DNA from: an uncultured Spirochaetota bacterium
GTDB lineage: Bacteria > Spirochaetota > Brevinematia > Brevinematales > JAOACQ01
Length of the DNA stretch: 64,000 bases
Assembly: GCA_963783575.1 (NCBI GenBank)
Contig: CAWAOD010000011.1
Location: 480,001 to 544,000, forward strand
Direction: 5' to 3'
The notes under the pieces were generated by a model. That model was given only the letters and a program-made list of their open reading frames with translations. It did no database searches and was not told where the DNA came from. Positions 41,468 through 51,679 of the stretch are shown here, one piece after another (position 1 is the first letter of the stretch; each line of letters begins with the position of its first letter). The position numbers and the translations under genes were made by a program.

Positions 41468-42619
41468 TTATTTGCATAATTCAATAATTGCATCTCCGCC
41501 GGCTTTTGAGGAATTCAGCCAGTTATATAAATATTTTTCCCTATAATTTATGATTGTATTTTTATACATATCATGGCGTTCTATAAAATCCTTGCAGATA
41601 CTTTGTATATTATCGATATCCTTTATTTCAACCGATTTTCCAATCTGGTTTCTTATAGTAAATTCAAGGGGTTCAATCCCGAGTTCTTTATAATCCGGGT
41701 TATCAACACGCGGAGGAGTATTGATAAAAAGAACCGGTCTTTCCGTTCCGAATGCATATTCGAAAGAGATTGCCGACCAGTCTGTAATTAGAATATCAGC
41801 CTGATGAATACTCGTACCCTTAACCATATCGAGTTCCAGAGTCAAATTGGATATTCCTTTTATATTTTTCTGTATTTTTGCAATAGTATCCCATTTTCTT
41901 TTAATGAATTCGGGATGAGGCCTTATTAACACATCGAATTCGGAATCCCTGAAATTTTTAATCAGCCTATCTATGCAAGATTCAAGTATGTTGCCGGGAT
42001 TCCAGGAGGGGGCTATCAGGATTTTTTCCCTTGAATTCGCGGGATTTTGATTTTCTTTTATAAAATTCCGGTGGTCATTATAGATTTTTTCAACCCTGTA
42101 ATAACCGCAGGGTATCAAATTTTTAGGTTTTAAATGATAAATCTCCTCGGCTTTTCTGATTTCTTCAGTATCTCTTTCGCCGACGCAGAGTATTGTATCA
42201 TAATGATCAAAGGCATTTTTATGATATGTCAAATGAGTGCTGCCGATTCCGTGAAAAATATAGACATGGTTTACAGGGTTAACCGATCTTTTTAAATAAA
42301 AGTTATCTAAATCCGGCGTTGTCATTACAAGGACCTTTGAGTCGAGATTTAAAATAACCTGCGTTAGGAATTCTTTAAAATATACCGGTTTAATTCTCGG
42401 CTCATCCATCTTAAATACAGGATCATTAAGATCGGATGTAATATAACAGATATCGAGATCGGAATGTTCTATAATATATTTTATATACCCTTCATAGTAT
42501 TGATAATAAATGTCCCTTTCGGAATAAAAAACAAGCGTCCTTGATTTTTTATTTTCATCTGAAATAAATGAAATATAATTAAATAGTTCTTTAAAAAAAA
42601 GAAAAAAGCCCTTAAACAT
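41468..42619 (-). CDS. CDP-glycerol:glycerophosphate transferase (TagB/TagF-like) family protein
   Basis: FHG, LIAPSW, RPHP and ILITDWSAISFEY motifs. Confidence 0.82.
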   Translation of the reverse strand: MFKGFFLFFKELFNYISFISDENKKSRTLVFYSERDIYYQYYEGYIKYIIEHSDLDICYITSDLNDPVFKMDEPRIKPVYFKEFLTQVILNLDSKVLVMTTPDLDNFYLKRSVNPVNHVYIFHGIGSTHLTYHKNAFDHYDTILCVGERDTEEIRKAEEIYHLKPKNLIPCGYYRVEKIYNDHRNFIKENQNPANSREKILIAPSWNPGNILESCIDRLIKNFRDSEFDVLIRPHPEFIKRKWDTIAKIQKNIKGISNLTLELDMVKGTSIHQADILITDWSAISFEYAFGTERPVLFINTPPRVDNPDYKELGIEPLEFTIRNQIGKSVEIKDIDNIQSICKDFIERHDMYKNTIINYREKYLYNWLNSSKAGGDAIIELCK

Positions 42620-42643
42620 TATAACCTCTTAATAAGTTACAAA

Positions 42644-42883
42644 TTATTTTTCTGATGATTGACCAGAGTCCTGACTGATCCTGAAGATTTTCTTAAAAAG
42701 AGATTTGATATTTCCCCAGAAAAATTTTATGCCCATAATAATACCGACAAGGCCTCCGGCAAGAACCTGTAAATAAAAGTTTATTGAAGTCGGATCAAGA
42801 TATGCGTATGTAATTTGAGGTATTGAAATAAGCAGGACAACCATTAATACTGTAAAAAAAGGTAATGTTTTTAAGATAATCAT
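42644..42883 (-). CDS. Small membrane protein with an AYLDP motif
   Basis: 79 aa; signal-like N-terminus ending AYLDP, one TM helix, basic tail. Confidence 0.72.
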   Translation of the reverse strand: MIILKTLPFFTVLMVVLLISIPQITYAYLDPTSINFYLQVLAGGLVGIIMGIKFFWGNIKSLFKKIFRISQDSGQSSEK

Positions 42884-43102
42884 TTTAAACTCCTATCATA
42901 TGCAACTTAAATATATTGTGATATTGAACGGATTAATTATCAATAGTATTAATTCTAAATCAATTAATCCAATAAATCAAAATATATTATAAAAATAATA
43001 CATGTAATTTGAGATACAATAAATATTATTGAGGCTTCTGCAATCTTCTGTCAGAATATCCCCTTGAATCGATGTTCCAAGCCGAAGCAGCTAATTGAAA
43101 TA

Positions 43103-45334
43103 TTAATGATTATGAGGTTCAAAAGTACGGTTCTTTTTCCATGAAGATGTGTCCCAGCTATCTCCTTCCACACTGTATTCCGTAATAGTCCCAAGGAAAT
43201 GGTCGCCGGCCCTTTTCTCATAATCATAAGCCCGGAAATATCGGACGCGTTTCATACTATTCGTGGATTTTAGGACATCTATACCCGGAAAATCGGCTGA
43301 TATTCCCAGCTCCGATACAATGGTTTCAGGTGTATCGAGGACAGTAATCGGGAAATGTGAAGTTTTTAATTTTCCCCTTGCCGAAATGGGTTTTACCAGA
43401 TAAAGTGGTATGCCCCTCGATTTGCAATAATTAAAATTATAGACATTATACGTGAAGTTTGTCAGCCGTGAAAAATCCTCCACGGGTCTTATATACATTT
43501 CTTCACTACGGCCGCTTCCATGATCCCCCATAATAAAGATAAGCGAATTATCATAAACGCCCAATTGTTTAAGTCCCTCCAGAAACCATCGAATAATCCG
43601 CATATTTGCCTTTGCGGTACTTATATATGCTTTGTGGCTATATATCATATCCTTTATTACAAAGTCCTCATTCAGGGATAACCGTACATGGATACCGTTG
43701 ATGTGATAAAATTTAAAGGGGATTTTAGATTTGGATCCATTCTTAAGATATTTTACTTCTGCCTGTGACCAGAAATCGGTAATAAATCTTATATTATTAT
43801 CTTTTAAAATCTGATAACCGTTAAATGCATAAGTTGCTTTTCTCCCGGGTAAATATTTTTTAAATACAATGTTGTTCAACCCGGCAAAGAGAAACCACCT
43901 TGAATTATTATAGATGAAAGGTTTAATAAAATGTGGCATGTAATAAAATAAAGAAACGTCATATAAATATGAAAGTTCTTTTATTCCTTCAATAATCTGG
44001 CCCCGTTTGCGGATATTGGAAATAATTTTATCATCATAATAAACCGTATTTTTATCCTGGGGATAGACATCAACTTCATAGCCGTTTTCTTTTAGGCTTT
44101 TCAAGATGGAATTGCTCATATAGGTCTGCTCAATAAACCTCTCGATCGGTATTGTGTTGTCATAAAGCTTGCCTAACAATATGGATGGAACGGCAAGTTC
44201 TGTAAAAGTAAACCCTGCCAAAGCATTAGGAAAATAAGTAAACCCATCAAAAACATCTTCATACTCCGTCTTTTCTTTAATTATTTCCTGAAAGATATCG
44301 GATTGATACTCGTCAACAACTAGAATAATAACATTTGTCTCTGAAGAATAATCAAACTTTCCGGTTTCATCCACCGTATATCGCCGGAAGCTTGGTTCTT
44401 TAATATGAGCCTCTTTTGGAATCTGCTGAAAAATAAATAATGTATAAACAACCGCCTGTAAAAGAATAAAAAACAGGCTGGCATTTTTCAACAGTTTATC
44501 ATAGTGACTTAGCAATAAAACAGATATAATTATGAGAATTAACCATATGCTGCTGTCAATTATGCCGTAAGCAAATTTTTTACCCCACTCTATACTGCTT
44601 CCATCCAATACACCGTATTTCCATCCAAGAATATTCCCCTGGATCCATAAAGCTAAAGAAACGGCAAATATAATAGCTGTAAATACTTTATAACTCTTTG
44701 AATTGTAAGGGAAAATAAGAAATATCTGAAGCAATATTAAATAAACAATAGCATAAACAATCAGAGTATTTATAATAATCTGATATATTGAAAAATAAAA
44801 CTCCATCGGGTTGGTTAAATAAATCTGAAGCGGGGCATAAAAAAGGAGGGTGAGACTGAAAAAAAGCGGTACAGCCCAGGAGGATTTTAACTTTTTTTTA
44901 AAATTCAAACAAGTAATACGGATTAGAAAGAAATATTCTAATAGTATAAGGTAAGAAATAATTGCTCCGGAGAAAATCAGGCTGTTAAAAAAATCAACAT
45001 AAAGAAATTCAAACCGGAAGGGCATAAGTCCGGTAAATAAAAAAGGAATATGTGCGGCTGCTAATTTGCTGATAATCTTTTCTTCTGCCAATCCCAGCCT
45101 TTTATGAATGAATCTAACCCAGAAACTGATATAGAATAAACCAAACAATATACTGACTATTATAGTTACCGGCAGACGGAACCATAAGCGGTCAAAGACG
45201 GTAAGCCATTCATTATAAATATTATTCTGCATCCAAACTGCCTGAGGAGAAAATAAAATTATTATAAGCGACAGAATAATGAAACCGATCTTGAGCATTT
45301 CCTTTTTGTTACGGTTAAGTAAAAATTGAATCAA
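43103..45334 (-). CDS. Membrane-anchored alkaline phosphatase/sulfatase-superfamily transferase, paralog of 34510-36726
   Basis: Shared blocks PLQI, WxQGN, FDGFTYF, GDHGSGR, RGIPL; FTFTELA (Thr); start uncertain (TTG 45334 or ATG 45298). Confidence 0.8.
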   Translation of the reverse strand: MIQFLLNRNKKEMLKIGFIILSLIIILFSPQAVWMQNNIYNEWLTVFDRLWFRLPVTIIVSILFGLFYISFWVRFIHKRLGLAEEKIISKLAAAHIPFLFTGLMPFRFEFLYVDFFNSLIFSGAIISYLILLEYFFLIRITCLNFKKKLKSSWAVPLFFSLTLLFYAPLQIYLTNPMEFYFSIYQIIINTLIVYAIVYLILLQIFLIFPYNSKSYKVFTAIIFAVSLALWIQGNILGWKYGVLDGSSIEWGKKFAYGIIDSSIWLILIIISVLLLSHYDKLLKNASLFFILLQAVVYTLFIFQQIPKEAHIKEPSFRRYTVDETGKFDYSSETNVIILVVDEYQSDIFQEIIKEKTEYEDVFDGFTYFPNALAGFTFTELAVPSILLGKLYDNTIPIERFIEQTYMSNSILKSLKENGYEVDVYPQDKNTVYYDDKIISNIRKRGQIIEGIKELSYLYDVSLFYYMPHFIKPFIYNNSRWFLFAGLNNIVFKKYLPGRKATYAFNGYQILKDNNIRFITDFWSQAEVKYLKNGSKSKIPFKFYHINGIHVRLSLNEDFVIKDMIYSHKAYISTAKANMRIIRWFLEGLKQLGVYDNSLIFIMGDHGSGRSEEMYIRPVEDFSRLTNFTYNVYNFNYCKSRGIPLYLVKPISARGKLKTSHFPITVLDTPETIVSELGISADFPGIDVLKSTNSMKRVRYFRAYDYEKRAGDHFLGTITEYSVEGDSWDTSSWKKNRTFEPHNH

Positions 45335-45658
45335 GACTCTTCTCCAAAAAATAAAAAATCAGAAGACACCTTCGCATCATTCGATATTTTTGCCGGAAAT
45401 TCATAATTTTCATAACATAATACTGTCAGGCAACATTATTTTGGGGTTTGAACTTATATTCTCCGGCAGATTACCCCGCAAATAGGGAAAATTATAATTA
45501 ACAGACTAATAAACTGCAAAAAAAATTAATCCTCAATTTATCTGATAAAAGATTATCAGTTTTATATTGAAGGAAAACCATTTTCAATTTATAATTTATT
45601 AGCTTTTTGATTTCAATAAATATTTGGATGGAAATCAGACAGTTTAAGAGGTAATGTA

Positions 45659-46285
45659 ATGTCTGATGAAGAGTTTCTTGGCGTATTTAAACAGATAATT
45701 AATGAATTTAGGATTTTGAATGAACACTTTGATGCCAAAACAAAATCAAAGACAACCGATTATGATTTTGTCTTTTCACATTGGACAAGAGATATGAATA
45801 AGCGGTATAAAGGCTTGCCGATTAATATGCACTGGGGGACAAGTTCTCCTCAGATTGCAAAAAATGAGATTCTATTTGATGTACGGTTTAAAGACGAATA
45901 TTTTTGCGAGATTAAATATAAGTTTGACTCTAAATTTGTTGCAAACTTCGTCAATTCTTTCAAAGAGTTTGTGGAAATGTTTCTGAAAATAATGGAAAGT
46001 TTTAATAAATTTAATAAGAATTTTGATATTAAATCAAGTCCCAATATTACGGATTATGAAAAATCATTTTCAAACTGGAAAAAAGAGGTTTATGTTATTC
46101 ATCCGGATATTGCGCTTGATATACACTGGGAAAAGAAAACTGAAACAATCAGCCAGAATTCTGTTTTTATCAATATTATGATGAGAGATGATTATCTGTT
46201 TGAAAAAAAGCATAGTTTTATTGATGAAGGTGAGTTATTAAAACCTATTTCACTGGATGCTTTCGATGAAAGGTTTATTATTTAA
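45659..46285 (+). CDS. Hypothetical protein with two tandem homologous domains
   Basis: 208 aa; the pattern EF..F..I...F...N..FD.K....TDY...FS.W...HW occurs twice; GAGG RBS. Confidence 0.75.
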   Translation: MSDEEFLGVFKQIINEFRILNEHFDAKTKSKTTDYDFVFSHWTRDMNKRYKGLPINMHWGTSSPQIAKNEILFDVRFKDEYFCEIKYKFDSKFVANFVNSFKEFVEMFLKIMESFNKFNKNFDIKSSPNITDYEKSFSNWKKEVYVIHPDIALDIHWEKKTETISQNSVFINIMMRDDYLFEKKHSFIDEGELLKPISLDAFDERFII

Positions 46286-46389
46286 CAAGCGTGACCTGTC
46301 TGCCGTCTACCTGCCGGAGATCCCGGCGTAGGCAGGCCAGGCAGGCTGCTTGGCCCAGGTTAATTCCTTGCGGCTCTGCCTCGAGGATT
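46282..46389 (+). repeat. Modular palindromic repeat copy (short form)
   Basis: About 70 bp near-identical to 57198-57267, then terminal hairpin AATTCCTTGCGGC-TCT-GCCTCGAGGATT; its TAA is the stop of 45659-46285. Confidence 0.9.
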
Positions 46390-46455
46390 ATTTATTGTAA
46401 TTTTATCATAAATATGATTTATCATAATATAATTTCATAAAATAAAGGAGAGTTT

Positions 46456-47478
46456 ATGCGTATTTTGAGCGGGATTCAGCCGACAGGGTATATGCATCTT
46501 GGAAATTATATCGGAGCATTACAGAATTGGGTTAAACTGCAGAATGACCCGGCAGCGAAAAATGAGACTTTTTATTTTATAGCTGATGTACATTCTTTGA
46601 CATCCAACCAGGGTTCTTATAAAAAAGAAACTAACGATTATATATTTAATCTGGTTGTGGATTTATTGGCATCGGGTATAGACCCGGACAAATCAATCAT
46701 ATTTTTACAATCGGATATTCCGGAACATTTTGAGCTTTATACACTTTTATCAATGGTAACGCCAATTTCATGGCTTGAGAGAAATCCCACATATAAGGAA
46801 AAAATGGATGAAATCGAGGGTAAAGACCTGGACAACCTTGGTTTTCTGGGTTATCCGGTACTTCAAACTGCGGATATAGCTCTTTATAAGGGCGAAGGTG
46901 TCCCTGTTGGAAAAGACCAGGTCCCTCATCTGGAAATCAGCCGGGAAATTATAAGAAGGTTTAATAATATCTATAACTGTGAAGTATTAGTGGAGCCCCA
47001 GCCGCTTTTAGCCCCGGTAGCCAAACTCAATGGGCTGGACGGGAGAAAAATGAGTAAATCTTATAATAATGCCATATTTCTGTCCGATGATGAGGAAACG
47101 ATTCGTGTTAAAGTCATGTCGATGGTAACTGATATTAAGAGGGCTAGAAAGGTTGATCCGGGACATCCGGATGAATGCAACCTTTTTCCATATTATCTTG
47201 CTTTCTGTACCGATGAAAATTTTATTTCTAAAATTAGAAGAGATTGCGAATCAGCCGAAATGGGCTGCGTTGATGATAAAAAAATACTTATAAAACTTTT
47301 ACTTGAGGTATTTGCAGATTACAGGGCGAAAAGACGGGAACTTTTAAGCAGGAAAGACTTTATTTATGATGTTTTAAGCGAAGGATCAAAAAAAGCTTCT
47401 GCTATTGCAAAATCTACTATGGAAGAAGTAAGGGAAGCGGTGGGGATGATGTCAAAAAACCGTTATAGGAGAGTTTAA
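46456..47478 (+). CDS. trpS: Tryptophan--tRNA ligase
   Basis: SGIQPTG, HLGN, YPVLQTAD, PVGKDQ, KMSKS. Confidence 0.98.
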   Translation: MRILSGIQPTGYMHLGNYIGALQNWVKLQNDPAAKNETFYFIADVHSLTSNQGSYKKETNDYIFNLVVDLLASGIDPDKSIIFLQSDIPEHFELYTLLSMVTPISWLERNPTYKEKMDEIEGKDLDNLGFLGYPVLQTADIALYKGEGVPVGKDQVPHLEISREIIRRFNNIYNCEVLVEPQPLLAPVAKLNGLDGRKMSKSYNNAIFLSDDEETIRVKVMSMVTDIKRARKVDPGHPDECNLFPYYLAFCTDENFISKIRRDCESAEMGCVDDKKILIKLLLEVFADYRAKRRELLSRKDFIYDVLSEGSKKASAIAKSTMEEVREAVGMMSKNRYRRV

Positions 47479-48209
47479 TGCTGGGTGTTCTGAACAGCGG
47501 ATGCACATTAAGGATTAGTAACTTTGAAGGACCGCTTGATTTACTGCTTGATTTGATACAAAACTCGAAGCTTGATATCACCGAAATTTCATTATCTTCC
47601 ATAACCGACCAGTATCTATTGTACCTGAAAACACTGCAACTATTTACTGTCGATATTGCTTCCGAATTTTTTGTAATCGCGGCAACACTTGTCTACATAA
47701 AAACAAAAAGACTGCTGCCTAATCTGAAGAACGAAGATGATGAAATTTTTGATGAGAAAGAACTTATTGAAAAGCTCAAAGAATATAAAAAGTATAAATA
47801 TATAGCAAGAATTTTATGGCAGAAAAAAGAAGAAGGCGATATTTATTATTCAAAGGGATATCAGGCGAATCCGATGTATAAAACTAATGAATTTAACGAA
47901 GATAATATACAGATCGGAGATTTACTGCAGGTTCTAAACCGTTATAAAGGCGCCTTTATAAGAAAAGCCATACCGATTAAAAGAAGGGAAGTGAATGTTG
48001 AAGAAAAAATGAATTTGATTTTAAGTATTTTAAATATAAAAAAAATGATAAAGTTCAGTGAATTGGCTATGATGGAAAAAACAAAAGTCGATAAAGTTGC
48101 AACATTCCTGGGAAGCCTTGAACTAAGCTTCAGGCAGAAAGTGTTGCTGAAACAGCTTGAATTGTTCAGAGATATTGATATTCTCCAGAGGGAAGAAACA
48201 TTAATGTAA
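47478..48209 (+). CDS. scpA: Segregation and condensation protein A
   Basis: FEGPLDLLLDLI, TFLGSLEL. Confidence 0.93.
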   Translation: MLGVLNSGCTLRISNFEGPLDLLLDLIQNSKLDITEISLSSITDQYLLYLKTLQLFTVDIASEFFVIAATLVYIKTKRLLPNLKNEDDEIFDEKELIEKLKEYKKYKYIARILWQKKEEGDIYYSKGYQANPMYKTNEFNEDNIQIGDLLQVLNRYKGAFIRKAIPIKRREVNVEEKMNLILSILNIKKMIKFSELAMMEKTKVDKVATFLGSLELSFRQKVLLKQLELFRDIDILQREETLM

Positions 48210-48220
48210 GGAAAAAAATA

Positions 48221-48874
48221 ATGAATGGGTCATTGTTTATTAATAAAACTTATTCCAGAGGCGAATTGAAAGGCTTACTGGAAGCGGTTCTTTTTGTAAA
48301 CGGAAAATCAATTTCAAATGATGAACTACAGAGGGTTTTTGAATCTTCAAAAGATGAAATATCTGGTTTGATAGATGAAATGAATAAGGATTATCTGGAC
48401 CGAAAAAGCGGATTGACAATTCTTCCGGTAGCCGGAGGATACCAGCTTTTCTCCAGTCCGGTATATAAAGATGAATTAATGGAGTTATTCGGTAAAAGAA
48501 ATGAGAACCAGCTTCCGAAAAGCGCGCTTGAAACTCTTGCAATAATTGCTTATAAGCAGCCCGTTTCAAAAGAAGATATCGATAAGATAAGGGGTGTGTC
48601 AAGCAGCAGGAGTGTGAATATTTTAATGGCTTTAAAGCTCGCTACAATTTCAGGATTATCGGATGACTTGCTAAAATCTCCATTGTTTGTTACAACCAGC
48701 CGTTTTCTTGAGTATTTCAGGATGAAGAACCTTGGGGATCTGCCATCAATCACCAGCCTTGATATGGTTCAATTGAGCGGGAATATGGGAGATGAGGATT
48801 TTGATGAGATCGAAGAAAAAATATCCGCTGAAGATGAAACGGATGACGGCATTTTCAATGGGCTGAAGCAGTAA
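48221..48874 (+). CDS. scpB: Segregation and condensation protein B
   Basis: LEAVLF, VAGGYQ, ALETLAIIAYKQP, IRGV. Confidence 0.95.
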   Translation: MNGSLFINKTYSRGELKGLLEAVLFVNGKSISNDELQRVFESSKDEISGLIDEMNKDYLDRKSGLTILPVAGGYQLFSSPVYKDELMELFGKRNENQLPKSALETLAIIAYKQPVSKEDIDKIRGVSSSRSVNILMALKLATISGLSDDLLKSPLFVTTSRFLEYFRMKNLGDLPSITSLDMVQLSGNMGDEDFDEIEEKISAEDETDDGIFNGLKQ

Positions 48875-48891
48875 AAAAATCGGAGGAAGAT

Positions 48892-49983
48892 ATGGATATA
48901 GATTTAAAAAGTGATAAAATGATGCAGGAATTCAGAACCAAGATCAATGACATCGATATCAAAATTGTGGAATTACTGGACGACAGGGCAAAATTTGTGA
49001 AAGAAATCGGGGAATATAAAAAAGCTCATAATATTCCGGTTTATCAGCCGGAAAGGGAAAAAGAAGTTAAAGAAATGGCGCTAAATCATTCCAAACAGCT
49101 TTTTCCAACATCCGGCCTTCTTCAGATATTTACGGAAATTGTTTCTGCTGCACGTTCGCTTGAAGAACCGATCACAGTATGCTATCTAGGGCCGGAGGGG
49201 TCTTTTACGGAAATGGCGGCCCGGAAGCAGTTCGGGAGTTCTGTGATAATGAAACCGTTGGCTAATACTTCCGATGTTTTCCGCGAAGTTGAAAATGGTA
49301 AGATGGATTTTGGGGTAATACCGATAGAAAACTCGCTTGGAGGAATAGTTCCTGTTACCTTGGACGAATTCGTCGATTCTCCGCTTAAAGTTATCGGCGA
49401 GGTTTATCTGACTATCCATCACAATCTGCTGGCCAATGTGGCGAATATTTCAGAGATCAAGCGAATTTACTCGCATCCTCAATCATTTACACAATGCCGT
49501 ATCTGGCTTGAAACCAATATACCGAATGTTGAAAAAATTGAAGTTGCTTCGAATTCCAAAGCGGCCAGCATGGTGCCATGGGATAAATTCTCAGCCGCCA
49601 TAGCCGGAGCCATTGCTGCGGAAAGATATGGGCTTAATATCCTGGCGGATAATATTGAAGATAATCCTGAAAATACTACAAGGTTCTGGATTATTGCGAA
49701 CAAAGACTATAAATTTCAAAACCCGGAAAAAACAACAATCCTTGTATCCGTAAAGGATAAACCCGGAGCGCTTCTGCAGCTTCTGGACCCATTTAATTCG
49801 AATAATATCAATCTTTCTAAAATTGAATCACGTCCATCCAAAAGAAGACCTTGGGATTATCTGTTTTTTATTGATCTGGAAGGAGGAATTGAAGATACAG
49901 GCCTTCAAAATTCTTTGGAAAAAGTAAAGGAAAATTCGGTATTTTTAAAGGTCCTTGGTTCATACCCAAAGAATAATTACTGA
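48892..49983 (+). CDS. pheA: Chorismate mutase/prephenate dehydratase
   Basis: CM domain, YLGPEGSFT, PIENS, NTTRF, ACT domain with KIESRP. Confidence 0.96.
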   Translation: MDIDLKSDKMMQEFRTKINDIDIKIVELLDDRAKFVKEIGEYKKAHNIPVYQPEREKEVKEMALNHSKQLFPTSGLLQIFTEIVSAARSLEEPITVCYLGPEGSFTEMAARKQFGSSVIMKPLANTSDVFREVENGKMDFGVIPIENSLGGIVPVTLDEFVDSPLKVIGEVYLTIHHNLLANVANISEIKRIYSHPQSFTQCRIWLETNIPNVEKIEVASNSKAASMVPWDKFSAAIAGAIAAERYGLNILADNIEDNPENTTRFWIIANKDYKFQNPEKTTILVSVKDKPGALLQLLDPFNSNNINLSKIESRPSKRRPWDYLFFIDLEGGIEDTGLQNSLEKVKENSVFLKVLGSYPKNNY

Positions 49984-50001
49984 TGAGAGCCCGCAGTTTC
50001 T

Positions 50002-51612
50002 ATGCAGAATAGATCTGATGTCAAGGGTTTCTGGCTGCTTGTGTTGCATGCGCATCTGCCTTTTGTCAGACATCCGGAATTAAATGATTCGCTTGAAGAA
50101 AGATGGCTTTACGAGGCTATCACGGAAACTTATATTCCTCTTCTGGATATTTTTGAAAGGCTAATCGATGAAGGGGTGGATTATTGTGTTACAATTTCCA
50201 TTACTCCGCCTCTCTGCAATATGCTTTCTGATTCATTACTTCAGGAAAGATATATAAAATATCTTGAAAGATTAATAGAATTAGCTTTGAAAGAGACTTC
50301 AAGAACAAGATATGTCCCTGAATTAAGCCGTTGTGCGGAGATGTATCTCAATAAGTTCAAATATATATACGACTTATATGTTAACCGTTATAATAAGGAT
50401 TTGATAAAGGGTTTCAGAAAGCTTCAGGTTGCCGGTAATCTTGAAATAATTTGCAGCAGCGCGACCCATGCCTTTTTACCTCTGCTGCAGCTTTATCCTA
50501 ATGCGGTAAGAGCCCAGATAATTACCGGAATTAATGATTATAAGCTTAGATTCGGCAGGAAACCTTCCGGCATATGGAATGCGGAATGCGGTTATTACCC
50601 GGGGCTGGAAAATATATTATCTGAAACAGGAATTAATTATTTTTTTTTAGATACCCATGGAATACTGCAAGCTGGCCAGATGCCTGAATACGGAGTATAT
50701 GCCCCAATGGAGACATCCGGCGGAGTAACCTGTTTTGCGCGCGATATGGCAACATCACACTCGGTCTGGAGTTCTGAGACCGGATATCCGGGAAATCCCA
50801 ATTACAGGGAATTTTACAGGGATATCGGGTATGATCTTGATGAGGATTATATTAAGCCTTATGTTCATGAAAGCGGTCTTCGAATCGCAACCGGTATTAA
50901 GTATCACAGGATAACAGATAAAAAATTACCTCCTGATAAAAAATTGATTTATATACCGGAAACCGCGGGTTATCAGGCTATGCTTGATGCCGTTGATTTT
51001 GTAAGTAAAAGAGAGTCGGATATAGAATTTTTATCCGTAAAAATGAATAGGAAACCGGTTATAGTATCAATGTATGATGCCGAGCTATTCGGTCATTGGT
51101 GGTATGAGGGCGTTGATTTTGTTTATCATACCATAAAGAAAATGTCGGAAAATAGTAATATATCAATGATTACCGCTCCGGAATATTTAAGTATGTACCC
51201 GGATAATATAAAAGCCGTTCCTTCGATGAGTAGCTGGGGATCGAAAGGCTACAATGAATTCTGGCTGAACAGCTCAAACGACTGGATTTATCCCCATATT
51301 CACAAGGCAAATTTGATGATGATCGATCTGGCTAATTTATACAAAAAATCTACAGACAGAAATCTGAACGATGCGTTAAATCAATTGGCCAGGGAATTGA
51401 TGCTTGCCCAGTCTTCGGATTGGGCTTTCATTATGAAGGCCGGTACAATGACTGATTATGCTGTGAAAAGAACAATGGATCATATCGGACGGTTCATGAA
51501 GATATATGATATGATCAAATCAGGAAAAATTGATAAACATTATATAAAAAATATAGAAGAAGCGGATAATATATTTAAAGAAATTAATTTTGAAATTTTT
51601 GCAGATAACTAG
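50002..51612 (+). CDS. GH57 1,4-alpha-glucan branching enzyme
   Basis: LHAHLPFV, ETYIP, WNAEC, YDAELFGHWWYEG, QSSDWAF. Confidence 0.92.
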   Translation: MQNRSDVKGFWLLVLHAHLPFVRHPELNDSLEERWLYEAITETYIPLLDIFERLIDEGVDYCVTISITPPLCNMLSDSLLQERYIKYLERLIELALKETSRTRYVPELSRCAEMYLNKFKYIYDLYVNRYNKDLIKGFRKLQVAGNLEIICSSATHAFLPLLQLYPNAVRAQIITGINDYKLRFGRKPSGIWNAECGYYPGLENILSETGINYFFLDTHGILQAGQMPEYGVYAPMETSGGVTCFARDMATSHSVWSSETGYPGNPNYREFYRDIGYDLDEDYIKPYVHESGLRIATGIKYHRITDKKLPPDKKLIYIPETAGYQAMLDAVDFVSKRESDIEFLSVKMNRKPVIVSMYDAELFGHWWYEGVDFVYHTIKKMSENSNISMITAPEYLSMYPDNIKAVPSMSSWGSKGYNEFWLNSSNDWIYPHIHKANLMMIDLANLYKKSTDRNLNDALNQLARELMLAQSSDWAFIMKAGTMTDYAVKRTMDHIGRFMKIYDMIKSGKIDKHYIKNIEEADNIFKEINFEIFADN

Positions 51613-51679
51613 AATCCAATTTAAAATATAAAAGTTATTATCAGAAAGTTTATATTGTAATAAAAATTTTGAGGGTATT

